Part shown: positions 1-9,762 of the stretch, in pieces | Layout: every line of letters begins with the position of its first letter | How positions within the stretch are numbered: the stretch's first letter is position 1 | Assembly: GCA_021810345.1 (NCBI GenBank) | Contig: JAJZIX010000005.1 | Span: 1 to 58,623, forward strand | From: Nanobdellota archaeon | GTDB lineage: Archaea > Nanobdellota > Nanobdellia > Parvarchaeales > Parvarchaeaceae | Direction of reading: 5' to 3' | Length of the DNA: 58,623 nt | Translations under genes and position numbers: made by a program | Notes under the pieces: generated by a model | Told to the model about the DNA's origin: nothing | The model's input: only the letters and a program-made list of their open reading frames with translations | Databases searched by the model: none

Positions 1-1
1 A

Positions 2-487
2 TCAAATGTGATCCATCCCTCTTATATAAGTCTTGTATACGCATTAGCATACTACAAAAGCATAACGCAGATTCCTATAGAGATAGATGTGATGACTCTA
101 AGGCAGCACCGGCGTCTTAATATAGAGGGTTTTAACGTACGATTCATAAAGTTAAAGCGCAGTAGGTTCTTTGGCTATAGAAACGACGAAGGAGTTTTCA
201 TTGCCGATCCGGAGAAGGCAATCCTTGACTGCCTGATGTTCAACGTGGATTTTTTCTATGTATTAGAAAGCTTCAAAAACCTTAAGAACGAATTGGATAT
301 CGCGAAGCTTAAAAGGTATGCAAAGACAATGGGTAGTGGAGCACTGATAAACCGTTTGGGATTCATGCTGGAAAGAGACGACATAAGCGCAGATGACTTG
401 CTCCCATACCGCTCCAAGACATATGTGCGTTTATCTGCAAACGCTCGCATAAAAGATGCAAAATGGAAGGTTCTGTATGCTGACTAA
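2..487 (+). CDS. AbiEi-like type IV TA antitoxin / transcriptional regulator (5' partial)
   Basis: Frame is open to the window edge; PSYISL..AL.YY and FFGY...IADPEKAILDCL motifs; overlaps the AbiEii gene. Confidence 0.75.
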   Translation, partial: SNVIHPSYISLVYALAYYKSITQIPIEIDVMTLRQHRRLNIEGFNVRFIKLKRSRFFGYRNDEGVFIADPEKAILDCLMFNVDFFYVLESFKNLKNELDIAKLKRYAKTMGSGALINRLGFMLERDDISADDLLPYRSKTYVRLSANARIKDAKWKVLYAD

Positions 488-1244
488 AAGTGAACTTTTG
501 GGATATAAGACCTGGCCCAATCGCTACCAGCTGGAGAAGGATTACTTGCAGTATGCGGTACTGCTTGAAATATTCAAGCGGTCCAAGGGAGGGCTAGTCT
601 TTAAAGGTGGAACTGCACTGCAAAAATGCTATGGGCTTGACCGCTTCTCCGAAGACCTCGATTTCACCACCGATTCTGCGGATGAAATAAGAAGAGTAGA
701 AGACGGATTGCAAGGCATTAAGCAACTATACAATGCTACTTTCAAAAGAACTGAAAATGAGCAGTCAGCATTATTTAACCTCAAGATCGAAGGACCACTA
801 TTTGAAAAACAGCAGTCGATACAGACCATAATTATAGAAATAAGCAAAAGGGAGAAGACCCTGAGGAAACCAATGCTTATTCGACTAATACCCAAATACC
901 GTGACTTGGAGGCACAATTAGTGGTAGTGATGGATAAGGATGAGATATTAGCAGAGAAAACAAGGGCGCTTCTCACAAGAAGGCGGCCACGGGATCTCTA
1001 TGATACATACTTCCTATTGAATAAAGGCGCAAAAATAGATTTTGAATTGATCAACAAGAAACTCGAATACTACTCTACAAAATTTGACTTTGCCGTTTTG
1101 ACTGCTAGGATAACCGATTTGAAAGCGGAATGGGACAAAGAACTTGGGATACTTATGGAGCATCCGCCAGACTTTGAAGTGACGGCAGAATTCGTCTTGG
1201 AGTCCTTTAAGTCGGATTTTGGTAAAATAAACCTTTATAAATAG
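477..1244 (+). CDS. AbiEii/AbiGii nucleotidyltransferase toxin
   Basis: LEKDY, VFKGGTAL, RFSEDLDF, EILAEK and RPRDLYD motifs; ATG 477 overlaps the antitoxin 3' end. Confidence 0.88.
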   Translation: MLTKSELLGYKTWPNRYQLEKDYLQYAVLLEIFKRSKGGLVFKGGTALQKCYGLDRFSEDLDFTTDSADEIRRVEDGLQGIKQLYNATFKRTENEQSALFNLKIEGPLFEKQQSIQTIIIEISKREKTLRKPMLIRLIPKYRDLEAQLVVVMDKDEILAEKTRALLTRRRPRDLYDTYFLLNKGAKIDFELINKKLEYYSTKFDFAVLTARITDLKAEWDKELGILMEHPPDFEVTAEFVLESFKSDFGKINLYK

Positions 1245-1356
1245 AAGCTTTCATAGTAATGTATAAAGTATGAAAGATAGCTTTCTTTTGGAGATTTAAT
1301 ACGAAATTAAACCCTCTACTTGAAATGCTGCTATTCGTACTATAGGAGGAAAAAAG

Positions 1357-1494
1357 ATGGCAAGATTCGAAAGACGAATGTACAAAGCCACCTGTTCCGA
1401 TTGCGGTAAAGAGACGGAAGTCCCTTTTCAGCCACAGGAAGGCAGGCCAGTATATTGCAGAGATTGCTACGCTAAAAGAAAGGGCATGCAGTAA
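1357..1494 (+). CDS. Small CxxC-x17-CxxC zinc-finger protein (45 aa), absent from the ORF track
   Basis: MARFERRMYKATCSDCGKETEVPFQPQEGRPVYCRDCYAKRKGMQ; AGGAGG SD upstream. Confidence 0.85.
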   Translation: MARFERRMYKATCSDCGKETEVPFQPQEGRPVYCRDCYAKRKGMQ

Positions 1495-1532
1495 ACTTTG
1501 AGATAGCGTTCTCACAGTTATAAAGTATTATA

Positions 1533-1561
1533 ATTTTTTATTTTTTTATCCGTTTTTTTGT
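1533..1561 (+). terminator. Oligo-T tracts, likely archaeal intrinsic terminator
   Basis: Three T7-type runs downstream of the CxxC gene, convergent with lysS. Confidence 0.45.
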
Positions 1562-1576
1562 GCGTATTTGGTGTTT

Positions 1577-3013
1577 TTAATCCTCAATGGTCCTTAGTTG
1601 AGGGAAGGGTATGACTTCTTTTATCGATTTGGAGTTGGTTCCCAGCATCTGGAGCCTGTCTATACCTATCCCAAGCCCTCCTGCCGGTGGCATACCATAC
1701 CCTAAGGCCTCCACGAAATCCCTGTCGAATTCCTGTGTTTCGTCTATCCCTCTTTGTTTCCTCTCGGCCTCGACGTTGAACCTGCTTACCTGGTCGATTG
1801 GATCGTTGAGCTCGCTGAATGCGTTTACTATCTCTATCCCCGCGACGTATAGCTCAAACCTGTAGACAAATCGTTTGTCCTCTGGGATTTTTTTGGCCAA
1901 AGGTGATACCTCAATCGGGAACCTGGTTATAAATGTCGGCTGTACTATGTTGTCTGAGACCTTGTTTTCGAAAAGCTCATTTACCGCTTCTCCATACGAT
2001 GAAACCTTCGGATTAATGCCTTTTGCAGCCTCAATTATCTCACTTTCGCTTTTCAAGCCGGTGGCTTCCTTTACAGAGTCTTCCATTGTTTTTATTTGGA
2101 ACTTGGAGAAATCCAGCTCCCTATCCCCGAATTGTACTTTGTACGTATTGTTTGCAGAAAAGATGGCCTCCTTTATAAGCTCTTCACTTATCTCAAGCAT
2201 AGTCCCTAGATCACCATAGGCCTGATAAAGCTCCAACATCATAAATTCTGGATTGTGGCGGGTGTCCATCCCCTCGTTTCGGAAATCTTTGCTAATATCA
2301 AATATCTTCTCGAACCCGCCAACAAGCATCCTTTTTAGATAAAGTTCAGATGCTATTTTAAGGTAAAGGTCCCTATCCAAAGCGTTATAATGCGTCACAA
2401 ATGGTTTTGCATTGCCCCCTCCCGGTATCGACTGAAGCGTCGGTACAACAACCTCAATAAAGCCCTTTTTCTCCAATGTCTGCCTTATCTTAGAGACCAT
2501 GAGGCTCCCCTTTCTTATCTTTTCGCGTGATTCTGTGTTTATTATGAAGTCAAGGTACCTCTTCCTGTAGCGCTTTTCAGTGTCTTCAAGCCCGTACCAT
2601 TTTGAAGGCAGAGGCAGCAGCGACTTCGACAGCATCGTTATCTTCGAGGCTTGTACTGATATCTCGCCAGTCTTTGTCTTTACTACGCTGCCGTTGACCC
2701 CGATTATGTCGCCAGTGTCCAGGTTCTCAAGTATGAATTTTGAGCTGTCATCCAGCTCCTTATCAAGTATGTAGATTTGTATGTTCCCGCTCTCATCTGC
2801 GAGATCGAGGAAAACTAGCTTTCCATGGCTCCTTTTACCAATGACCCTGCCTGCGATTGATGCTTCTTTTCCTTCAAGTTTGTCAAAATTTTTCCTTATG
2901 TCTATGGAATTGTGTGATGTCTCGAATTTTGGCCCGTACGGTTCGTATCCGTTCGCCCGCAGGTTCTCGAGCTTTTTCAGCTTGTCAGAGTCGAATGAGA
3001 ATTCAAAGGCCAT
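1577..3013 (-). CDS. lysS: Lysyl-tRNA synthetase, class II
   Basis: OB-fold N-terminus, FRNEGMDTRHNPEF motif 2, YGMPPAGGLGIGIDRL motif 3. Confidence 0.96.
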   Translation of the reverse strand: MAFEFSFDSDKLKKLENLRANGYEPYGPKFETSHNSIDIRKNFDKLEGKEASIAGRVIGKRSHGKLVFLDLADESGNIQIYILDKELDDSSKFILENLDTGDIIGVNGSVVKTKTGEISVQASKITMLSKSLLPLPSKWYGLEDTEKRYRKRYLDFIINTESREKIRKGSLMVSKIRQTLEKKGFIEVVVPTLQSIPGGGNAKPFVTHYNALDRDLYLKIASELYLKRMLVGGFEKIFDISKDFRNEGMDTRHNPEFMMLELYQAYGDLGTMLEISEELIKEAIFSANNTYKVQFGDRELDFSKFQIKTMEDSVKEATGLKSESEIIEAAKGINPKVSSYGEAVNELFENKVSDNIVQPTFITRFPIEVSPLAKKIPEDKRFVYRFELYVAGIEIVNAFSELNDPIDQVSRFNVEAERKQRGIDETQEFDRDFVEALGYGMPPAGGLGIGIDRLQMLGTNSKSIKEVIPFPQLRTIED

Positions 3014-4262
3014 ATAAAGGTATGAATGAGCTTGCGAATATCGCTGCTCCTATTATTATTGAATAAGCGAATACTGTCCTTCTCACGTGGCGGTCCTTTG
3101 ATATCAATCCTAGAAATGCCTTCTCAAGGACGCCTGCCGATATCGCCAGGCCTATCAGATATGCGACGTAACCGGCGCTCAGCTTATTCGCAAGGAAAAG
3201 CGTTCCGAGAGAAAAGGCCGCGCCAGCAACATTCACTATACCAGATATAAATATTGTAACTGGCAGTAGCGACGGAGCAAGGATCTGCGTCATCCTGGCG
3301 AATGTGAATATAAGGAAGAATATGGCCGCAAATTCGAGTGTCTGCTTTATTGGGAACGGGTTTCCGATGGACTTTAGCTTGTACCTGAATTTGTCCCTGC
3401 CTATAAACCATATGATTCCAAGCCCCACAAGTGACACGAGTATTATAGGAGCAAGGCTTGCCATCAATTTATACGACAGCGTCGAGAAGTATATCACTGC
3501 AAGGGCCTGCACTAGGACCATCGGCACATTGGATGAAAACAGTACGTTGTATACAATAGAATCAGCTATTTTCCTGCTTTTGGCTTTTATCTGCAGTAGC
3601 TTTAAGCTGACAACAGTTCCAGTTATCAGGCTGCCGATTACAGATGATAAAAAGATGCCAGCTTTGGATGATTTCAATATCAAGTACTGGAGGAAGAATA
3701 CTGCGCCGACTGTCGCGACTATGATCCAAAATTCAAACGGATTGAAGAAATTATATGGGCCGATGAATGAATTTGGGAACAGCGGCAGTATCACAAAAGT
3801 TATTATTAGGAGATTTATTGCAGCAAGGAGTTCGCTTTCTTTTATCTCAGATATTGCATGTATGAATTCGCGCTTATACATGCTTATCGCCGCAATTATT
3901 ACTGTAAGGGCTATTGCGTACATGTAAAACCCAAGCCCGACTAAAAGGCCTACAAAGAAGAGTATGAATGTGCTTACATAAGTTGTTGCACCCGGCGAGC
4001 CGGTTACCCTTATCTTCTCTATGTATATTGATGTTGTAATGACGATTATTGTGGCGACGGCCATTGCAATGGTAGCCGAACTTTGGGTTATATAATAGAA
4101 TAAGCTGAAAATGTATCCTAGCGTAGTTATGAATATTGCAGTCCTGAGGCCTACAAAGATCTTCACGCCCTTGATTTTCCTGTATTCGTTCTCCAGTCCT
4201 ACTATAGCGCCAAGTGCTATCGCCAGCAGCAGATAATACACCGGTGGAAGCTGTATTTGCAT
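3003..4262 (-). CDS. MgtC/SapB family membrane protein with DUF4010-like C-terminus
   Basis: LLAIALGAIVGLENE...GLRT, GATT, FNPFEFW; many TM helices. Confidence 0.8.
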   Translation of the reverse strand: MQIQLPPVYYLLLAIALGAIVGLENEYRKIKGVKIFVGLRTAIFITTLGYIFSLFYYITQSSATIAMAVATIIVITTSIYIEKIRVTGSPGATTYVSTFILFFVGLLVGLGFYMYAIALTVIIAAISMYKREFIHAISEIKESELLAAINLLIITFVILPLFPNSFIGPYNFFNPFEFWIIVATVGAVFFLQYLILKSSKAGIFLSSVIGSLITGTVVSLKLLQIKAKSRKIADSIVYNVLFSSNVPMVLVQALAVIYFSTLSYKLMASLAPIILVSLVGLGIIWFIGRDKFRYKLKSIGNPFPIKQTLEFAAIFFLIFTFARMTQILAPSLLPVTIFISGIVNVAGAAFSLGTLFLANKLSAGYVAYLIGLAISAGVLEKAFLGLISKDRHVRRTVFAYSIIIGAAIFASSFIPLYGL

Positions 4263-4296
4263 CAGATTTATAGTAAATTGACATTAAAATAGTTAT

Positions 4297-5433
4297 TTAT
4301 TGGCCCGTCAGCGTGCTATAAGCTTCCATGAATCGGTCTGCCCTGTTCTCCCACGTGGAACCAGACAGCTCCCTGTAGGCCTCAGAAGACATTATCTCCT
4401 TTGCATGCGGGTACTTGAGCAGCCCGAGAATCGTGTCAGCCATGTAATTTGAGTCCCAGAAATTGACTTTTATCGTGTTCTTTATTATTTCGCTTGCTCC
4501 AGACTGCGCGGATATTATCGTTGGGGTTTTTGACGCGATGGCTTCCAGGGCAGTTATGCCGAATGGCTCGGATACAGAGGGCATCACAAATATCGAGGCT
4601 GCTGAATATAAGTATTCCATCTCCTCATCTGGCACTCTGCCCAAAAACAGCACCTTGTCTGCTAATCCGAGGTTTATTGATAGGTCTATAAGTGATTTTA
4701 GCTCCGGACCATCCCCGACTATGTACAGTAGCGCATCCTTGTCGTTTTCACTTACGATCTTGAACGCCCGTATCAGGTGATCCACGCCTTTTTGGATCGA
4801 AAGTCTGCCGACGTATAGTATCAGCTTTGACTCACGTTTGACGTTCACTTTTCCGAATTTTGTGAAGTCTATCGCATTGTAGATTACTCTTATTTTTGCT
4901 GGATCCGCGGAGTACATGCTTATCAGCTCCTGCTTCAGTCGTTCGCTTACCGCTATTATAAGATCTGCGCCATCAATAGCTGCTTTCTCCATCTTGCGTA
5001 TCACATCCCAAGGATTCCCTGCAGTTCTGTCATATTCCGTGCTATGCATCGTCAAGACGAGCGGCTTTTTGCTGGCTCTCTTGATCTCAAGCCCGGCCAT
5101 TGCGGTAAGCCAGTCATTAGCATGGATTATATCGAATTTTTTAGTAGCCGATATCCTGAGTGCGCCTTCGGTATAGCCTTTTATTTCGGAGAAAAGGTTA
5201 CCGTAGACAAGGCTTCCGATGCCGCCGGAAAATGTTGAGTAACTCCCTGTAAAGAAATCTACAGGCACGAAATCGAACTCAACACCATCGATGTTATAAT
5301 GTTCCTTGAAAGGTAGCAGAAGGTCTACTGAAACTCCTTTCTTTGCCAAAGCCTTCACAATTTCATAGGTGTGAGTTCCAAGCCCTCCTACAGAATTGGG
5401 GGGGAATTCCCACCCCAACATCAAAATCCTCAT
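4297..5433 (-). CDS. GT4 glycosyltransferase
   Basis: LGWEFPP..GGLG, HANDW, EPFGITALEA. Confidence 0.9.
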   Translation of the reverse strand: MRILMLGWEFPPNSVGGLGTHTYEIVKALAKKGVSVDLLLPFKEHYNIDGVEFDFVPVDFFTGSYSTFSGGIGSLVYGNLFSEIKGYTEGALRISATKKFDIIHANDWLTAMAGLEIKRASKKPLVLTMHSTEYDRTAGNPWDVIRKMEKAAIDGADLIIAVSERLKQELISMYSADPAKIRVIYNAIDFTKFGKVNVKRESKLILYVGRLSIQKGVDHLIRAFKIVSENDKDALLYIVGDGPELKSLIDLSINLGLADKVLFLGRVPDEEMEYLYSAASIFVMPSVSEPFGITALEAIASKTPTIISAQSGASEIIKNTIKVNFWDSNYMADTILGLLKYPHAKEIMSSEAYRELSGSTWENRADRFMEAYSTLTGQ

Positions 5434-5496
5434 ATTACCAATAACCCGGTGCTATCTATAAGTTTTATAGCAGTAGTGTGTATATAAAACTATTTT

Positions 5497-7626
5497 ATGG
5501 AGAGGCTGGAGAATTTTAAGTTGCGGGTCCCAAATAGGGTCTATTCTGCTCTTGCTTCCAAAATAGCCGGTTTGCTGCTGCCACAGATTCTTGCAATAGA
5601 AGCCGGACTTTTCAAGGGAAAGAGCATACTTGTCTCAGCTCCCACAGCTTCAGGTAAAACACTGGTTGGGGAGATGGCAGCATTGAATGCGATATACAGC
5701 GGAAAAAAGGTGATATACGTCGCACCGCTCAAGGCGCTTCTATCCGAGAAATATGAGGAGTTCTCAAAGGATTACCCTGGTATAAAAACCACAATCTCAA
5801 TGGGCGACCTGACAGAAAATGACGTTAACCTCGACAAGAGCGATATGATATTTGTATCCACCGAGAAGCTTGATAGCCTGCTTCGTAACTCCAGCAAAGG
5901 AATAGTGAACGTCGGTTGCGTGATATACGACGAAATTCACTTGCTTGGGGACCCAGAGCGCGGACCCGCGCTTGAGTTTGTGATCTCCCTTAACAAGCGG
6001 CTTTACCCGAAAGCACAGATAATAGGCCTAAGCGCCACAATAGGCAACAGCGACGAGATTGCTGCATGGTTAGGCAGCGAGCTTGTGAAAACAGACTTCA
6101 GGCCGGTGAAGCTGGAGAAAAAGATTTACTTCGATAAGGAATTGGTAAATGGCAAAAAAGAGCGCGTGGACAACGTCGATGATCCCCTCTTAAATATAGT
6201 TATACACCTATTGAAGAACAGAAAGCAGGCACTGGTATTCTCGCAGACCAAGAAAACGGCCGTGTCAAACGCCAAATCCATATCGCAGTCGGTTGAAAAG
6301 TCACTCTCTGAGGAGGAAAAGAAGGAACTGAAAAAGCTATCTGCGGACATCCTGTACGCTCTGGACAGTCCGACGACTCAGTGCAGAGAGCTGTCGGATC
6401 TTGTTTTAAAGGGCGTGGCTTTCCACCACGCGGGCCTGGTATACAAGCAAAGGAAGCTTGTGGAGCAGTCTTTTAGGCAGGGCTTGATAAAGTTCATTGT
6501 TTCTACGCCAACACTGGCCTTAGGCGTTAATCTTCCTGCAAACACCGTGGTTATATCCTCAATTTACAGATACGGTACCTCAAGAATGGAGCTTTTGCCT
6601 GCTATGGAAGTGGCGCAGATGTCGGGCAGAGCCGGCAGGCCAAAGTATGACAAGGAGGGGACTTCAATAATAATCGCAAGGACGGAGAAAGAGCTTGAAA
6701 TCATTCGTGACAGATACATAGATGGCGGCATAGAGCCGGTGGAGTCTGGCTTCAACAACGAAGCTTCTCTGAGGAAGTATATACTCGCACTCGTCTGCTT
6801 TGAACCCAGAATCTCGGTTAAGGATTTGACAGACTTTTTTGACTCCACGTTTTATGGAAGCAGGGATTTCGCCTTTTCCTATAAGGTCAAGGAAGTGCTT
6901 GATTTCCTGGTCGATAAGAATTTCATCGAAAAAACAGGTTCTTCATTGGAGCCCACGGATATTGGAAGATTAATAAACAGACTCTACTTGGACCCATACA
7001 CAGGCCTTCTTTTCCTGGGCTTTTTGGAAAAAATGAAAAAAGGAATGGAGTACGATGATTTTAAGGCTCTTCATATAATATTCTGCAGTCAGGAATTTAA
7101 GTTTATAAGGATCTCTCAGCCGGAAGCCGCAAAGTATGAAGAAGACAGCTTTTCGATGAGTCTTCATATAGACGAATCGCTGGTTCCATATGATAGGTAC
7201 ATAGCAGCCATAAAGATGGCGAGAGTAATGGAGGAATGGATATCTGAAAAAAAGGAGGCGTTCATAGAGGAGGAGTATGGAGTGCTGCCAGGGGAGTTCT
7301 ATGGCCTTATTGAGAACGCGCGCTGGCTGCTTTATGCTCTTAGGGAGCTGGCCAGATTCTCGGGTGTAAAAGCAAGCGAATTCTCGAAGCTGTCAGTCAG
7401 GGTTACACATGGTATAAAGGAGGAGCTTCTCCCACTAATTTCGCTACCAAACATAGGGAGAGTAAGGGCAAGGCGGCTTTATGCAAATGGTATGAAGTCA
7501 GAGTCAGATATCAAGTCTAGCAGCCAGGAAAGGCTTGTCAAGCTGCTTGGTCAGGCTGTAGGAACAGATTTATACAAATACCTTCATAAAGATGATGTGC
7601 AACCGACACTAAAGGATGTAGTATGA
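5497..7626 (+). CDS. hel308: Ski2-like helicase Hel308/Hjm
   Basis: APTASGKT, DEIH, GLSAT, FHHAGL, QMSGRAGR, C-terminal HhH. Confidence 0.92.
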   Translation: MERLENFKLRVPNRVYSALASKIAGLLLPQILAIEAGLFKGKSILVSAPTASGKTLVGEMAALNAIYSGKKVIYVAPLKALLSEKYEEFSKDYPGIKTTISMGDLTENDVNLDKSDMIFVSTEKLDSLLRNSSKGIVNVGCVIYDEIHLLGDPERGPALEFVISLNKRLYPKAQIIGLSATIGNSDEIAAWLGSELVKTDFRPVKLEKKIYFDKELVNGKKERVDNVDDPLLNIVIHLLKNRKQALVFSQTKKTAVSNAKSISQSVEKSLSEEEKKELKKLSADILYALDSPTTQCRELSDLVLKGVAFHHAGLVYKQRKLVEQSFRQGLIKFIVSTPTLALGVNLPANTVVISSIYRYGTSRMELLPAMEVAQMSGRAGRPKYDKEGTSIIIARTEKELEIIRDRYIDGGIEPVESGFNNEASLRKYILALVCFEPRISVKDLTDFFDSTFYGSRDFAFSYKVKEVLDFLVDKNFIEKTGSSLEPTDIGRLINRLYLDPYTGLLFLGFLEKMKKGMEYDDFKALHIIFCSQEFKFIRISQPEAAKYEEDSFSMSLHIDESLVPYDRYIAAIKMARVMEEWISEKKEAFIEEEYGVLPGEFYGLIENARWLLYALRELARFSGVKASEFSKLSVRVTHGIKEELLPLISLPNIGRVRARRLYANGMKSESDIKSSSQERLVKLLGQAVGTDLYKYLHKDDVQPTLKDVV

Positions 7627-8234
7627 AATTACTAGCAGCTTCTGATTTGCATGGGGACGTTGGCGCAGCTGAAAAGCTGGCTAAAAAAGCCAAAGATGAA
7701 AAGGTAGACCTTGTAATACTTGCTGGGGATCTCTCTATATTTGGAGAGGGCCTTGAGGGGCTGCTGAAGCCGTTCAAGAATGCGAACAAGAAGGTAGCGT
7801 TGATACCCGGAAACCATGACAGCGAAGCCGACATATTCCTACTAAAGCAAAGATATTCAGACATGGTTTATGACATGCATAATTACGCATTCAAAATAGG
7901 AGACGTGGGATTTTTCGGCTGCGGACTTGCAAACATAGGTCCTAATGAGCTTTCAGAGCCAGAAATAAGAAGAAAGATAGAGAATTCCTTCAAGTACATT
8001 GAGGGGGCAAAAAAGAAGGTCATGGTGGTACACGTTCCTCCGTATCAAACCAAGCTAGACAAGCTCGGCGCTAACATAAATGTAGGCAGTACAGCAGTGC
8101 GCGAAATGATAGAAAAGCTGAGACCGAACAAATGCATATGCGGGCACATACATGAGACTTTTGGGCTTGAGGATAAGCTTGGAAACACTGATATAGTGAA
8201 TGCCGGCCCCAAAGGGAAAATCATAGTAATCTAA
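7623..8234 (+). CDS. Calcineurin-like metallophosphoesterase
   Basis: SDLHG, AGD, GNHD, CGHIHE. Confidence 0.9.
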   Translation: MKLLAASDLHGDVGAAEKLAKKAKDEKVDLVILAGDLSIFGEGLEGLLKPFKNANKKVALIPGNHDSEADIFLLKQRYSDMVYDMHNYAFKIGDVGFFGCGLANIGPNELSEPEIRRKIENSFKYIEGAKKKVMVVHVPPYQTKLDKLGANINVGSTAVREMIEKLRPNKCICGHIHETFGLEDKLGNTDIVNAGPKGKIIVI

Positions 8235-8269
8235 GCATAAATATCAAGAGCGCCATATAACTTTTACAA

Positions 8270-8374
8270 GGGCCCATAGTCTAGCGGACAGGATCGATGG
8301 CTTCGAATGCCACGGATGGAAGTAACCATCTGACCTGGGTTAATAATACAGGAATTCAAATCCCAGTGGGCCCT
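8270..8374 (+). tRNA. tRNA-Arg(TCG) with two introns: 8307-8324 (37/38) and 8340-8354 (53/54)
   Basis: Acceptor GGGCCCA/TGGGCCC; anticodon stem GATGG/CCATC; T arm CTGGG-TTCAAAT-CCCAG is restored only after removing 15 nt; both inserts fold as BHB; no encoded CCA. Confidence 0.9.
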
Positions 8375-8430
8375 TGTTTTTGTTGGACTAAAGTTTAAAT
8401 ACCACTTACAATCTATATCCATTCTGTACG

Positions 8431-8955
8431 ATGGAAACATTGACAGAATCTGATATTAAAGCTGATGCAAAAGAGGCTCTCCTTTGGGTATACAATGATG
8501 AGAGGAAGGCACTAGATCATTTAGGTCTGTACATTCCAAATATAAAAATAGACCGAAAAACAACCGCAAAAGTTACAAGCAGTTCCCTCCTAGATACGTT
8601 AGATTCTATCGTAAGTTCACTTGAAGATTACGCCAGGAGGTGCGATGTAATCTCGCTTGCAGGTGGCAGAAGAAAGTACATTGTAAAGCCATACCTTTCC
8701 GAAGGGCTGTACGAAGCTATGGAAGGAGTATTCGACGACGCTTTGTCAAAATACTCCGAATCAGCAAACAAGCCGTATATACTAAATAAGTATGCGAATA
8801 GCGTATCTGTGCCGGACAGGATACTTAACTCAAAATTTAGTGGCAGCAAGAAGCTTGATAGGGCAGTTTCGGCGTACAATCGCTTTCTAGGCGTGTTTAG
8901 CGAATATGAGTTTGTGGGTTCACTTGAGCAGGTACTGCTTGTTTACAACGGGTAA
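8431..8955 (+). CDS. Hypothetical protein
   Basis: 174-aa ORF with upstream TTTAAATA box; no recognised motif. Confidence 0.6.
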   Translation: METLTESDIKADAKEALLWVYNDERKALDHLGLYIPNIKIDRKTTAKVTSSSLLDTLDSIVSSLEDYARRCDVISLAGGRRKYIVKPYLSEGLYEAMEGVFDDALSKYSESANKPYILNKYANSVSVPDRILNSKFSGSKKLDRAVSAYNRFLGVFSEYEFVGSLEQVLLVYNG

Positions 8956-9011
8956 AATGGCTTCTGGCGCCGGTAGAAAAATATAAATACACGCATTTAA
9001 TGAATATTCAT

Positions 9012-9281
9012 ATGTCCCTTTCCGAATCGTCAAAATCATTGAGAAAGCTGTTTCTGCACGATAAGCCATTTATTCTGCTTCAGGTCATAAATGAGAACGA
9101 CGGAAGGATATACCCAGCAATGATATCAAAAAAGATAGACTGCAGCTACGCCTACGTTGTAAAGCTAGTCACTCTTATGGACAAAATGGGGCTTTTATCA
9201 TCGGATGGAAATCCACACAAGAAGCTTCTGTCTTTGACCCAGAAAGGAAAGAAAATATTCAAGCTGCTTTCTGACTTGTAA
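9012..9281 (+). CDS. Small winged-helix (MarR-like) DNA-binding protein
   Basis: YPAMISKKIDCSYAYVVKLV..MDKMGLL...LTQKG pattern. Confidence 0.75.
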   Translation: MSLSESSKSLRKLFLHDKPFILLQVINENDGRIYPAMISKKIDCSYAYVVKLVTLMDKMGLLSSDGNPHKKLLSLTQKGKKIFKLLSDL

Positions 9282-9762
9282 GGCTTTTGTCTATTGCGTC
9301 TGCGTATTCGTTTATCCTGCTTACCACCCGGTTTATCAGGTAGGGTTGAACAAAATTTGACACCACTTCCTTAAGGGGCAGGTTTTCTCTTATCCTGTAG
9401 TTGTTTCCTCTTTTCTCCACTAGACCAACTGCCAAGAGCTTTCTCAGGTCCCTTAGTACATTTGCGTAGACTATTCTAATGTTTTTTGAGTATAACCCCT
9501 TTATTATCTCATAGCTGTCCAATCCATCTTTCTTTTTGGTTCTTTGCTTTAGCAGTATATCAAGTATATGGACGATCCCGATACGGCTCTCCCCCGGGCT
9601 AACCAAGCCGAATGAGATGCAGAATCTCCTGAGATTTACAAAATAGTCGCTGCCCGGCTTTTCAAATTCATTCAGGGATATACTGATAAGCGGCTTGTCT
9701 TTGTATAATCTTGCTTTGACCTTCTTCTTTACTGCGCTTTCATGCGGCATCATAGAAGTCAC
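9259..9762 (-). CDS. Putative winged-helix protein
   Basis: FCISFGLV.PGESR and ANVLRDLRKLLAVGLVEK wHTH-like segment. Confidence 0.6.
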   Translation of the reverse strand: MTSMMPHESAVKKKVKARLYKDKPLISISLNEFEKPGSDYFVNLRRFCISFGLVSPGESRIGIVHILDILLKQRTKKKDGLDSYEIIKGLYSKNIRIVYANVLRDLRKLLAVGLVEKRGNNYRIRENLPLKEVVSNFVQPYLINRVVSRINEYADAIDKSLTSQKAA

